30,437 bases of DNA from Bugula neritina. Taxonomy: Eukaryota; Animalia; Bryozoa. The position numbers were made by a program, and so were the translations under genes. Location: positions 1-30,437 of the forward strand of contig CAXIUT010000159.1 in NCBI GenBank assembly GCA_964035545.1, written 5' to 3'. Under the pieces are notes generated by a model. That model had not been told where the DNA came from. It searched no databases and saw only the letters and a program-made list of their open reading frames with translations. Below are positions 1-11,980 of the stretch, piece by piece (within the stretch, counting starts at the first letter, position 1; each line of letters begins with the position of its first letter).

Positions 1-83
1 CCCAACCCCAACCCCAACCCCAACCCCAACCCCAACCCCAACCCCAACCCCAACCCCAACCCCAACCCCAACCCCAACCCCAA
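1..83 (+). repeat. Telomeric repeat (CCCCAA)n, left chromosome end
   Basis: Perfect C4A2 hexamer array at the window start, beginning CCCAA; same unit as Tetrahymena-type telomeres. Confidence 0.97.
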
Positions 84-176
84 GATATATTTTAAATAAG
101 ATCGAATATATCAAATAATTAATTTTTGATTTTTGTAATATTTGAGTGATATAATAATTAGTTATATAGGACAGGA

Positions 177-704
177 ATGGAGCCATAAGACAACAATAAC
201 CATCACAGAAATATCAAAAACAATTAAAATCCTATCTCCAATCAAATCAACCAATACAGAAATTCTCTTCCCTAAGTCCCAAGATAATAAGGACACTTCT
301 TCTTCAAATAAATCACAAGACAAATGTAATAAATATCATATGTCACCATAGGATACAGAGTCACTAACATCCCCTTCGAACTACAAGATCTCATGGCTGT
401 CATAGTCAATCTCATCCACTACAACTGCTAGCTCAATCTCAAACTCATAATAGATGAAGATCAGCAACTATGGGTCACCAGTTCTATGGCTATTTCCCCT
501 TAATAAATGAACTCCCTTCGATATCGAGTATAATAAGCCCACCTCAATGAATCTCTTTTCAAGACACAAAGAATAATAGCCTAGTTTATCAACCAACTAA
601 AAAACGGACAAAGAGAAGACGATACAATAGTACTTTAAAAAGTAAAAAAATAAATAATCAAACAAATATATCTAGTCTTCAAAAATCCAGATCTAGAAGA
701 TTGA
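177..704 (+). CDS. Hypothetical protein, ~175 aa (TAR=Glu)
   Basis: ATG 177 open to TGA 702-704 when TAA/TAG are sense (MEPEDNNNHHRN...FKNPDLED). No recognisable motif. Confidence 0.5.
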
Positions 705-708
705 TGCT

Positions 709-796
709 CTATATTATCAATAGTAATAACCATCTATATTATCAATAAGAATAACTATCAATAGTAATAACTATCTATATTATCATTAGTAATAGC
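709..796. repeat. Short imperfect tandem repeat, ~22-nt unit CTATATTATCAATAGTAATAAC
   Basis: Copies at 709-730, 734-755, partial 756-771 and 775-796, lying between two predicted genes. Confidence 0.7.
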
Positions 797-835
797 AATA
801 GCAATCAATAATTAAATAATAAGAATCTACTAGAG

Positions 836-1924
836 ATGAAAAAGAATAAAAATCAACTACAAATAATAGATAAAAAGTTATCAGATTATACAATACACTG
901 GCTAGTCCTCGTCTGTAAGCTAATTCCAGCTATAATTGCATTTTTCTGCAACCTAGCAGTCAGATACATCGTTTGCCCCTTCGTACGATATCTATATAAA
1001 TCAGATGTTGTTTCCACAAGTGAAAAGATATGTCGAATGTGTGATAAATCTAATTTCAATGAAATTTATACTAATTACTTTAGGTATATTCAAATTTGAA
1101 TGCTAGGGGTTTAGATTTTTTACCAAATAGTAAATAGATAGTAAAATAGAGCAAGCAAAATCACCCTCAGATCAGGATATATAGCCATAGGCACACATAA
1201 TTCAGTTATAGATTTTATCTATTACAGCTATCTCATCAATCCTGTCTTTGTTAAAATGCTTATCTTTAAAAAATAAGATAAAGATCATACTTATTATTGC
1301 CCTCTCAGCTTTTTATAAAGCGTCAAATGTGCTCTTAGTAATCGAGGCTTTGATCCTATCATCATTCACTCAGAAAAATAATTCAAAGATATCAAATACA
1401 GAAAATTAACCATGAAAACCTTAATATCATAGTGCTTCTAATAATTCAATGGTCCTGTCTTCATCATGCTTCCAGTATTAATTCATTAATAAAGGGACTA
1501 AATCCAAAACAACATATCAGCATGAATAAACAAGTATCATACGATATTTACGATAACTAGGTCAGATTTGAACGTTCCCTTGTAGGTTTTTATATCAAAA
1601 CAGACTCAAGACTAAAACTGTAATAAATAACCTACAAAAACCAAATATTTTTAATTCTAGATCAAATGCTAAGAATAGGCAACTTTAGCATGTACATAAA
1701 CGCAATATAATTCCGAAGTACAAATACAAATATCTCTAGGAATGAAATTCAGATACGACAGAGTAACTTATTCAACTTTTATAGATAGATACTACATCGA
1801 TCAAGAACTATCTCTAAAAGAAACAGATTACTAATCATATATAAAAGAAATCGACTCAATATAGTAAGAACAAGGCAGAAAGGGCAAAGAGACGAAAGAG
1901 TAGGAATCAAAGAAATAGATATGA
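836..1924 (+). CDS. Hypothetical multi-exon protein
   Basis: Frame kept by GT-AG introns at 1084-1106 (23 nt), ~1475-1494 (20 nt) and ~1718-1739 (22 nt); ends TGA TGA at 1922-1927. The start needs a 1-nt indel in the A run after ATG 836, or a later ATG. Confidence 0.45.
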
Positions 1925-1978
1925 TGATTGTTTATGTATAGAATATAATAATAGATATCGAAATAATAAAGAATAAGA

Positions 1979-3018
1979 ATGAATAGTAGTAAGAGTGGAT
2001 AATATTTGGATGAGAGTAGAATAAATAAACAAATATAGAAGAATAACAAGATGATCAGATTAATTCGATTGAAAAAGTACCCTCTTCATTCTTCTCCAGT
2101 AGCTATTATTCTAAATAGAGATCTTCTTTATTTTTTCCTAAAGTTAAATAAAAAGTATACAGGACTACCATCAATTCAGGATCATTTAAGAAATATGTAT
2201 AGATAAATATTTAAGATTAAAAATAAGATCCACAAATTAGAGCAAGAACCGATCTAGAATAATAACTTGTACAAAAATTTAAATTAAATACCAATAAAAA
2301 AAGAAATACTGAACACACATAACTAGTCATAGATCAAAAAAATACCCATAGGCATCATATCAGACCTATTGCCAAGTTGTCAGAACATCTTGTAGGAAAA
2401 CATAAACTATGTTCTTCAAAAAAAATAAATTCGAAATAAAATCTAAATAGAACAGAAATGAGCATGGAAGATCTAAGGCATTCCAGTTAAACTAATTATC
2501 ATTCTTAATTATTAGGTTCTTTTAGATAAAAAATATAAAAACAAAAAAAGCTATTCTATAACAAAATAACAAAAACATAAGCATTCGAAGGATCCAGAGA
2601 CAAATAGAACTATTCAATAGAATATATAGTAAACTAACTTCAAAGAAAGAAAGAACAAGATCAAACAATAAACAACAACCTTAAACTATCATCAATAAAC
2701 AATAATAACAACCTTAAAGTATCAGCTTATTGCAGTTTATCTCCAAACAACCTAGGAGACTACATGAAGATTTTAAATAATAACAAAGAAACAAAGAATC
2801 TTAATCTATGGTAACAATTTTAGCAGATTTAATCGTTTAATGATAAAAGAGTTGATTAATAGGTTAGAACCACTCATTTAGTTCAAAATAATATAAATAA
2901 AAATATTTTAGTTGAGGAATAAAACTAATTCAATATGGAAATTTTACTATCAGCCAAATACAGAATGAAAAGCAATCACAAAAAACTAATAGAAATATCC
3001 AAATTCAAAAACAAATGA
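1979..3018 (+). CDS. Hypothetical low-complexity K/N/E-rich protein
   Basis: Long TGA-free frame 2041-3018; likely 23-nt intron ~2016-2038; start uncertain (ATG 1934 or 1979). Confidence 0.5.
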
Positions 3019-3134
3019 TTCATCCACTTTTTGTAATCATAACCTCTATATTTAACATATATTATAAATACGAAATAATAAGACAAATATGAGTTAGTAG
3101 TATAAATACGACATAATAAGAAAGATATAAACAA

Positions 3135-4818
3135 TCAATCGAAATCCTGACTCAAAAAGTATTCAATCATATTTTATCCAACTGCTTCTTTAAACCCCTT
3201 CAACACATGAATCAAGCAAAAGGCATCCATAGCTGCATAGTGTATCTGGTTTTCTCTTAAAGGTCTCCTCGCCCAATTACTCATCGTCTGCTCCTTGCAA
3301 ATCTCCTTCTTCAGCACCACCTTGCATATAAAAGCCAAATTGCTATACTTCTATTTGGGATATATAGCTTTAAACAAAACACAAGTGTCTATGATCTTGA
3401 TGTGCTTGAGATAGTGCTTGTCTTATTAGCTTAGTCCGATAGAAACAAATAAAGAGTCCAAGTCGTTTTGAATGGCATGACCCAATATATATTTACCCCT
3501 GTTTATGTATCCGATAAAAGATAAACGCAAAGATTCACTCTTGCATTTTACACCATCAAGAATATATATTGTGTCTTTGAAGGCTATCTGAACAATTGAT
3601 GCAGGTTCACCTTTCTTTCTTTATAACTTCGTCTTGCCTATCACTGACTACGTGTCTATTGCCAAAATTTATGCCTTGCTTAATTATAAAATCAATTTTT
3701 ATATCAATAAAGGATCTCCATCCACCCACAACACTGACTCTCGATTTAGTCCCAGTTACTTCAGAGTCAGATATTTATCTGTATCAGAAGGTCCAAAATA
3801 ATCTTTAAATAAAGAATTTTGAACTATCATAGTTGAGATTTATTCTTTATTTTTAGTTGTTTATTTTTTAAAAAAATTAAGACAATCCTATTTGACAATA
3901 AATTTCAAAATATCAGGATGTCTGTACCACAAAGAAACAGCTTCTCTATATTTCTATCTAAAAATGAGATCTTCAGCAAGATTAGCAATGGCTTAAGGCT
4001 GGTCATAAAATATTTATTAAGCTCCTTACCAGCCATAATTTTTATAAAAATATCTGACCATATTTTTATTTAATCTTTATGCTACTTTAGGTACCAATTT
4101 GGGATCTATTTTATGATTTTTAATAATATTTGCAGCTTTTGATGCATCTTTGTTATTAGCCATTTTTTACAACAACATTTTAACATCTTGTTATGGATAT
4201 TTAATCATTTTTATGAGAGTAATAGCATTTTAATATTATTTTTTTAAAATAAAGAATCGAATTCTTTCCTGATATCTAACTAAAATCGATAATACTCCTG
4301 AAGTTATATCTTTATTGAAGATTTATTCTATTTATTATCAATAGTATCAACTGATATTCCAAAAGCATCGAAATAACATTCTAAAATCTATGCATTTATT
4401 GTTGTCCACTTAGATGCCACCATCTTCTTATCAGCTACTTGATTTTAGTCATTATAATTTTTAACAACAGCCAATAAAGCTCTCATAAATATTTTAGGAC
4501 ACTTCTTCTATTGTAATCCAACCAAAACTATCTAGATTCTTTTGATAGTATTTCTTAGGATTTAGTATTTATCGATTGAAAAGTATTGAGTTAGCAAAGA
4601 TTTGACAAGACCAAAAGATGGATCAAGATCTCGATGCCACTCAGACAACTCCTTCACTGCCACTTCACTAATATTCTGCTGATTAACTAAATAGCAATCC
4701 GAGTACATATCATATTTAGAGTATCAGCTTCAAGCTAGAATGCTTACATAAATCTTATCTATCTATATAATATAAACACAAACGTATGAAATTTCTTTTA
4801 TCTATCCTCAAATATCAT
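3135..4818 (-). CDS. DEDDy 3'-5' exonuclease, Mut-7/EXD3/Nibbler-like
   Basis: ExoI ILAIDT[TAG=E]S, SIVQIAF, ExoII GHAIQNDL, and CKEQTMSNWARRPLRENQIHYAAMDA (ExoIII); helical N-terminal region. Apparent 1-nt deletion near 4150; 5' exon structure uncertain. Confidence 0.85.
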
Positions 4819-4867
4819 ATCATATAATATAATAATATTATTGGTTATTATTGCAATCTCATTATCA

Positions 4868-6639
4868 TCAGCCTCCTCCTCTACGATGAGTCTTCGTTCT
4901 TTCTCTTCTATTGCTTGGTTCTGGAGGCTAGACCTGAATATTTCTCATCCAGATCTATCGATACATCAACAACACAGGAGTCCACTCTCCCTCGCGACCC
5001 CAATACTTAGAATTCATCACATCATCAATATCCACAATCGATACATCAGCATGAGAATACCTCAACCACTTCCTCCCTCTCTTGTATAAATAAGTCATAT
5101 AGTCACCTTTACAAGTTTGCTTATTAGGATGGTTATGAGAAGTATCAGGTCGGTGATAGTAGTGGCCTTTATGCATTACCATTCCCACTATTCTGTATTA
5201 TCCAGTTGGTTTTGAGTTTTTTAAGTGTTAAAACCAAAATTAATGATAAATATCTCTAGAATAAAGAATATGGTCTAGATACATATAGTTCAATTCTTCA
5301 TTATCGATCATTTCTTGATCTAGATTATCAAATGAATACTTTAGACTGTTTATAAAAATTTAGGATATCTGTCATCCATCTGATAAGGATAAAACATTTG
5401 ACCTCTTTCATACCTTCCTTGTTACAATTTTTCCTTCAAATTAGCATCACAATACTCATAAAGATCCAAAACCTTATTAATTCTAACAGGATGATAACTC
5501 TTTTATCCCTAGTTAAACTAAATCTCCTACCATTCCTCACGAGCCTAAGGATATCCCCAACGAGAACAATGAACCAATAAATATTTAGGCAACCTCTCAA
5601 TTGATATCAACTCTTATTCATACTCAATATCAAATGCATAAAAGTTACGCCATAAGTTTTTCTTTTTAAATCTCTAAATAACATCATCATTACTTCAACA
5701 ATCCCCTGATTTAATTTATTCAGCTAAGGTTTTCCAAGATCACATTATAAAAAATATTTAACAGCTTTCTTTTAAATTTGTTTCTATTGTTATGGATCGT
5801 CTTAATCCAATTTGGTAATATCTCTTCTGGTAGTTAACATTTATACTCCAAAAAATTTAGTTCCACAATCAACTCGAGAACTAGGCTCCTATTCTTTTTT
5901 TTATAATTCAACATCAAAAGCCATTTTCATAGTCCCAAATAGTCTATTTAGGAAATAGTCTATTCCATATGTAGGATATGGATACTCAATATCATCAGAA
6001 CAATAACAAATCCATGAAGAAATCCAATTAACAGGGTTAACTACACCTTGACTCTTATCCATTTCAGTAAACATAACTCCTAGTTCTTAGATAATCAAAC
6101 CATCAGGATTTTTCTTAGTATATTATTGTTTACCTGCATGCATTCGTATTTATGACAGTAATCTTTGAACTCTGTTGCCATCTTTAAAAGATATAAAGGA
6201 CATAAAGCATATTAAACTCCAAGGTCTTCAGGTTAGTTAGTTTATTAATTAAAATATTCCATTCCTCTTTATTTTATTCTTTTCTCATTTAATCTTTAAT
6301 TATCCTTTGATGAGGATTTAACTTCAAATCCTCTTTCATTCTAATCAACTCTTACTCTTTCTTTTTGTCTTTTTATAATTCTTCTTTAGTCTTCTCTTTT
6401 TATACTCTCTTTTTCCCTACGATTGTTATTTAACCTCCCTATTTTACTTATTTACTAAAAGATTCTTGATCCTAACTTTAAAACAAAAGTACCTTTATTC
6501 TAGGTTTCATGAAATTAATTTTACCTTCTTCTATCTTAAAAACAGCATATATCTTTTGAATCAGATCTTGATAGTTTTCAACTTCCAATTCCTGAGTTTA
6601 TTTCGGCTTCACGTTATAAGTAACTTTGATCTTCAGCAT
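4868..6639 (-). CDS. USP14/Ubp6-like protein (N-terminal UBL + USP domain), predicted catalytically inactive
   Basis: UBL-like N-terminus (MLKIKVTYN...EITIVGK); MFTEMDKS, ISIERLPKYLLVH, VLDLYEYC and YRIVGMVMHKG...GDYMTYLYKRGRKW...PVLLMYR track USP14. Introns 6472-6492, 6114-6133, 5674-5693, 5320-5339, plus a possible 23-nt intron or indel near 6333-6355. Confidence 0.75.
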
Positions 6640-6762
6640 ATAATAAAAATAGAATCATTGAATAAACAACATACTTGAATACATCATTTTTTAAAGAATC
6701 AAAGAACTATCTTCAGCTTAAAATAAAAAAAAGAGAAATGTTTTCTATAATTATTATAAGAG

Positions 6763-8485
6763 ATGATAGGTCCAGCCAAATTCGTAAACGTCTAAACAAG
6801 TTAGGACTAAGAAGAAAAAGAATCTCATCATAGTGAACTAGTCAGAGAAAGCTAAGACATTAAAGAAGATAACAGCCAGTCCTGGTACGAAATGGGTATC
6901 CCTGTAGACTAATACACAACTTTGAATGGACATACAAAAGCAGTCACTTGCTGCGTTGTTGAACCTAAAGGACATAGAATGGCCACTGGTGGTCTTGACT
7001 ACCATGTGAGACTATGGGATTTCCATGGAATGAACAAAAACATGAATAGTTTTAGAATAGTTCAGCCTTTCACAGGAAACTGTATTAAAAATTTGAGCTA
7101 CAATACATCAGGAAGTCACCTCATGATTATCAATGGAAACAAACAGATAACCTTTTTAGATAGAGATGGTGCCAGAAACCTTCTAACAGTTAAAGGCTAT
7201 ATGTATGTAAAAGATCTAAATTTGACTAAAGGACATACCAATTCAGTTGAAGATGGTGTCTTTCATCCTTCAAATAACAATGATTTTGCCACTTGTTCAC
7301 TAGATGGCAGCATTAGATTGTGGGATCTTGAACAAAAGCTCTAAGGAATTTAGAAAGAACTTGCTTCAAAATCACTAATTCGCACAAAAGATAAAAGAGG
7401 AGGATACACAGGAATACAAAAAGTTTGCTATTCAAATGATGGCAAAAAACTATACAGTGGATGTGTTGATGGCTCCCTTCAAATCTTTCAAACTAACTTC
7501 AACCATCATAGACCTGACATGATGATAAGATAAGCTCATAACCCTAATTAAGATTACTCATCAATAGTTAGTTTTGATGATAACTACAGATTGGCCACTA
7601 GAAATACAGATGGATCACTTAAAGTGTGGGATCTAAGAGCTTTTACTAAACCTGTTTTTCATGATCGTTAACTTCCCAATAGATTTCCAGGAAATAAGCT
7701 ATGCTTCAGTCCTGATGGTAAATATCTACTTGCTGGTACTTCAGTAGGCAAATAAATAGAATAAACTAATAGCCATGTCCATTTTTATGAAACTAAATCA
7801 ATGGAAAGAGTTAAAAGTTTAACACTAGGAAATAGTTCTGTTTGTGGATTAACATGGGAGTCCAGTAATCAATCAGATAGTTGTTGGAATGTCAAATGGA
7901 GAAGCACACATCTTCTTAGATCAAAGACTCAGTAAACTAGGAGCTCTAAAATCATATCAAAAAGAGCCTAGGAAGTAGAAAGATCCAAAACTAGGATATA
8001 CACCTCCTGTCTATCTGCCTCATTCTCTTCCACTGTATAAGTAAAAGGTAACAAACAATCCAAAGAAAGATAAGTTTGATATTCGTCGAGATCCAACAAA
8101 ATCATAAAGACCAATGCTACCAGCCCAAGGTCCCTATAAAAATGGTAGACAAAATAACAAGGCTTATACTTTTGTTCAGCATATGATAATGAAGTTGGCT
8201 GAAAACCCATAGAAAGTCTAAGATGCTCGTAAACCTTTATGGGATTTACAGAAATATGCAAAATAGAAGCAATAATTTACAGAAGCTTATAATTTTACTC
8301 AACCTCAACCGATCTATCATCAAAGTCCAACAGATTCAAAAGAATTCCAATTTTTACATACAATATAAAAAATATGTCCCATGTGCGGTCTAAAGCTATG
8401 CACCTGCGCAAGAAAAGATTTCTATGATTCCCAAGATGAGCAAGATTCCTAAAGAGAAGGAGAAGGAGGAGGACTTAAAAGATGA
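6763..8485 (+). CDS. WDR70: WD40-repeat protein WDR70 homolog
   Basis: GHTKAV...GHRMATGGLDYHVRLWDFHGMN...KGYMYVKDLNLTKGH...WSPVINQIVVG...PHSLPLYKE...RRDPTKS match the WDR70 pattern. One extra G at 7856-7858 shifts the frame +1; TGA 8483-8485. Confidence 0.88.
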
Positions 8486-8547
8486 TTTCTCTATCAATTA
8501 TGTAAAATAATTTAAACTATAAACTAATTTCTATAATAATAATGTTA

Positions 8548-8623
8548 GGGGTTGGGGTTGGGGTTGGGGTTGGGGTTGGGGTTGGGGTTGGGGTTGGGGT
8601 TGGGGTTGGGGTTTGGGGTTGGG
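8548..8623 (+). repeat. Telomeric repeat (GGGGTT)n, right end of the first chromosome, internal in this window
   Basis: 76-bp G4T2 array with one GGGGTTT variant, ending TTGGG. Confidence 0.97.
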
Positions 8624-8997
8624 AATTTAGAAATCTAACAACGAATACTATGTAATAGATAAGAAATAAATTAAAAAGAAAGCAGAATGAATAAGATCAA
8701 GAATAAAACATAAATTTGATATAAAAATAAAGAAGTAAGATAATAAACTAGATGAAATAACATATAAAATCATGCTATCATTCACAATGTAAGATGATAA
8801 ACTAGCTAACAATGATTTATAATTTATTCAAAGGATTTAAAAAATAAAAATAAGATATACTCACCCTCATCACCTATCCCAATGTTCAAGGATTACCCAA
8901 ATTGGAAACAGAATGCTTCTAAGGAAATAAACTCAATATCAAAATGAAATAAACTCATAAGCTTATTGTAGGCATTTAACAATCCAATGATATTTGA
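8623..8997 (+). CDS. Probably 5'-truncated coding fragment abutting the telomere tract
   Basis: Frame is open from the last telomeric base (GAA TTT AGA...) to TGA 8995-8997; first ATG at 8650. Confidence 0.4.
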
Positions 8998-9051
8998 ATA
9001 TTATCAAATGAAATAGTATTAACTTCTATGAATATTATTAACCTAATTATA

Positions 9052-10746
9052 TCACTTCTTTGATATTTGGAATAAACCTTTATCTAGGATGTTATCTTTT
9101 ATTTAATTGAGTTTAGGAGTTTAGCATTCCTGCTATATTATTTTCAAAGACTTGTATTAAGAATATAGTTGTATTTACTTCTAGTTTAAAAATAAATATT
9201 CATCAGATTTGATTTATTTGATCACTTATAGATGATTTAGTACAACCAAATCATAATTTGTTTTTGAAAGATTATCTTTTTGTGAGATAATAACTTTTTC
9301 TTGATTGTTCATGACTAAATTCTTGAATAATAGTTTTTTATATTAATATTTTTAATTAAGAATAATTTTAGCTGATGAAGATAAAGATGATACTACTATT
9401 AATATTAAATTCCAAGGTCCAGAATCTAAATATACATTTGTTAAAGTTTTTGAATTTAAATATCTATTAACTGATCGATAATGATTTGTTTAGTATATTT
9501 ATTATGGACTAAATAAAAATAAACCAGTAAAAGGAAGATTCATTACATTGATCCTATTATCATTAAAATATGTATTTTTTTGTTAATATTATGAATCCTT
9601 TAAACACTAAACAGGTTTATCTTTGATAAGAGGATAAGAATAATCATATTTTTAAACTCCAAAAGCTATATCGTTACTCTAATGTGTAAATACATACCAC
9701 CCAGGCAATAAAAAAGCTGATTAATCAATATGCCAATTTCCTTTTTCATAGAGTAAAATATGTCTATCAGAACATTATTCACCTTACTCAAGTTGATAAA
9801 TCTTCATTTTCAATAAATAGCCTGTCTTCATAGCTTTTGGCTCAAATATTTCAGTCAAAATTATTATTTATCTCTTATCTCTAACCAAAAGATCAGTTAC
9901 TAAAGTTAAATTAGAAGTAATAAGCACTTGATACTTACTATTAATCAATGACTAAAAAGGCTGTCGACTTACCAAAGGATAGATATCATTGAGTACCAAA
10001 TTGTTTTAGAAAAGATTCCAATCAAGATGATCTGATAAATATAGACCTTTTTTGAAATAGCTATTTATCAAAATTAAAAGTTGAGGACTAGGATGATCAT
10101 ATACTACAATTTGATCTTTAAAAGCAATAGATATATTATACATGAATTGTCTAGGGGCTTCAAAGGAATATATATTTTATGCAGGTATTTTAATAGAATG
10201 AGTAATGATGTTTATTTTCCAATAAACTGTTTTCTGGGCAAATAAAGTCTATGATAACTTTGTTGCACTATTAATTATCATATCTGGTGTACAAGAATAT
10301 TAATTTCTAACTAACCAATGATTAGTTCCATCTTTTACATTATTATTCAAAAAATAAGCATTCTGAAGATGTACTGTTTAGTTTAACTCTTTCAAAGGAG
10401 GAATTTCAACGTCTTTTGAGATTTACTTCGATTGAGATAAAGATAAACCCTCATTTATATTTTTTTATCTTTGCTATTCTTGAATACTATGATTTTTATT
10501 TTTATTCTTTTATCGAATACTTTCACTTTTGTACTTTTTAGATATCGAATGAAGAATAATAACAAAAGCGATTATAATAACAAAAAAAGCCATACAAAGA
10601 AGACATCTCTTCTCTCCCCTATTTTTCTTCAATTTATTTTTCTAATGCATATTTTTCCTTAAATGCTCATCAAAATCCTCTTCACTTTAACTATCACTAT
10701 CAGACTATAATCGAGGCACAGGTCTATGTTCGATATCTTATCTCAT
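9052..10746 (-). CDS. Hypothetical single-pass (type II) membrane protein, ~564 aa
   Basis: ATG 10746 to TGA 9052-9054, length divisible by 3; acidic N-terminus (LESDSDSESEEDFDE), basic patch, then hydrophobic CLLCMAFFVIIIAFVIILHSI. Confidence 0.7.
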
Positions 10747-10820
10747 TTTGCTAATATTAATGATTTAATCTAGTTGATTATAAGTTTAATTTGGCAGGAA
10801 GTTAATAATAACGAATAATA

Positions 10821-11950
10821 ATGAATCGTAAACTGAATTCAAACTAAATAAATCAACATTCAAGCAAACAATATACCTATTACCCTATCGAATCAAAAAG
10901 ATAATCATAACCTACGTCTTAAAGAACCCAACCGACAGTCAGAATATAAAAAAATAGAGATAGATAAGTAGATAATTTGAAAAGAATAAATTAATAGCTA
11001 AAATAAAGATAAGAATTCTATATCGATAAACTTATGAAATTATAATAAGGACTATAAAATCAACATAGATAATTCATAAAATTACAATAACTATATACAC
11101 AACTCTTCGAAACCTACAAACAAAAATAACTATAAATCACTTAACGTATCTCTATAACTATCAAGTATAAAGCAAATATCGATAATCAGCCAGATACCAT
11201 CAAACAGATAGATCACAAGAAATCAACCTAACAACCGATCAGCTCAACCAGTCAGCTTAGATCTTTCTAGCTAAGTAAAGAACATATCATGCTAAATAAA
11301 TAGAATGGAATCAAAAATAAAATTAATTCAGAAATAGATAAAAATAACTTGTCAATAATAATGAAATGCTAACTAATAAACTGATTAAAATTAATTAGAA
11401 TTATGAAAAAATGATACAATAAAATAACAATTTGAGATAGAAAAAAAGAAATATGATGAACTAAGGATCTATCCATGAAAAACATATCCAATAAATAAAA
11501 TAACTACAAACAATCATTTAAAATTAAAAAGAAAATATGCTAAAATATCAATATTAAAATTAATACTTAAAAAGTAGAAATCAAGATCTCTAAAAACAAA
11601 GATCAGAATTTTAGACATTAATTACTTATAAACAAAAATAGATCACTAAACTTAGATAACAAACCATCAAAATATATCGACAAAATTCATAATATAAAAC
11701 AGATAGGTCTCTCTCACAATCAAAAGTACTTCAAACCATCTCTCCAACCAACTACCCGCAAAGAAATCTGTTTAAAGAATCAAAAGATCACCCACGAGAG
11801 TAAAATTCAGGATAAGAATAATAATCAAAACTGCAAAGATATTTTTCTTTTTCAAGAGATAAAGGAGATTCAGAAATCGAATAAAGTTTGCCTTGCTTTC
11901 CACCTTAACTTTAGATTGATTAAATTATAAAAGAACACCAACAATGATAA
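10821..11950 (+). CDS. Hypothetical coiled-coil protein
   Basis: E/K/Q/N-rich heptad-like frames from ATG 10821; one frame change (intron or indel) near 11275-11350; 3' end approximate. Confidence 0.45.
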
Positions 11951-11980
11951 AGATAATATTTTCTTTAATATTAATATAAA

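Noticed and set aside
1097-1099. In-frame TGA suggesting readthrough, Trp or selenocysteine
   Set aside because: It falls inside the 23-nt GT-AG intron 1084-1106 when the upstream exon is read in the alternative frame; no SECIS evidence.
900-1230. Faint kinesin-motor-like pattern in the second gene (ITLRSGYIAIGTHNSVIDF)
   Set aside because: No P-loop, SSRSH or DLAGSE motif; too weak to call without a profile search.
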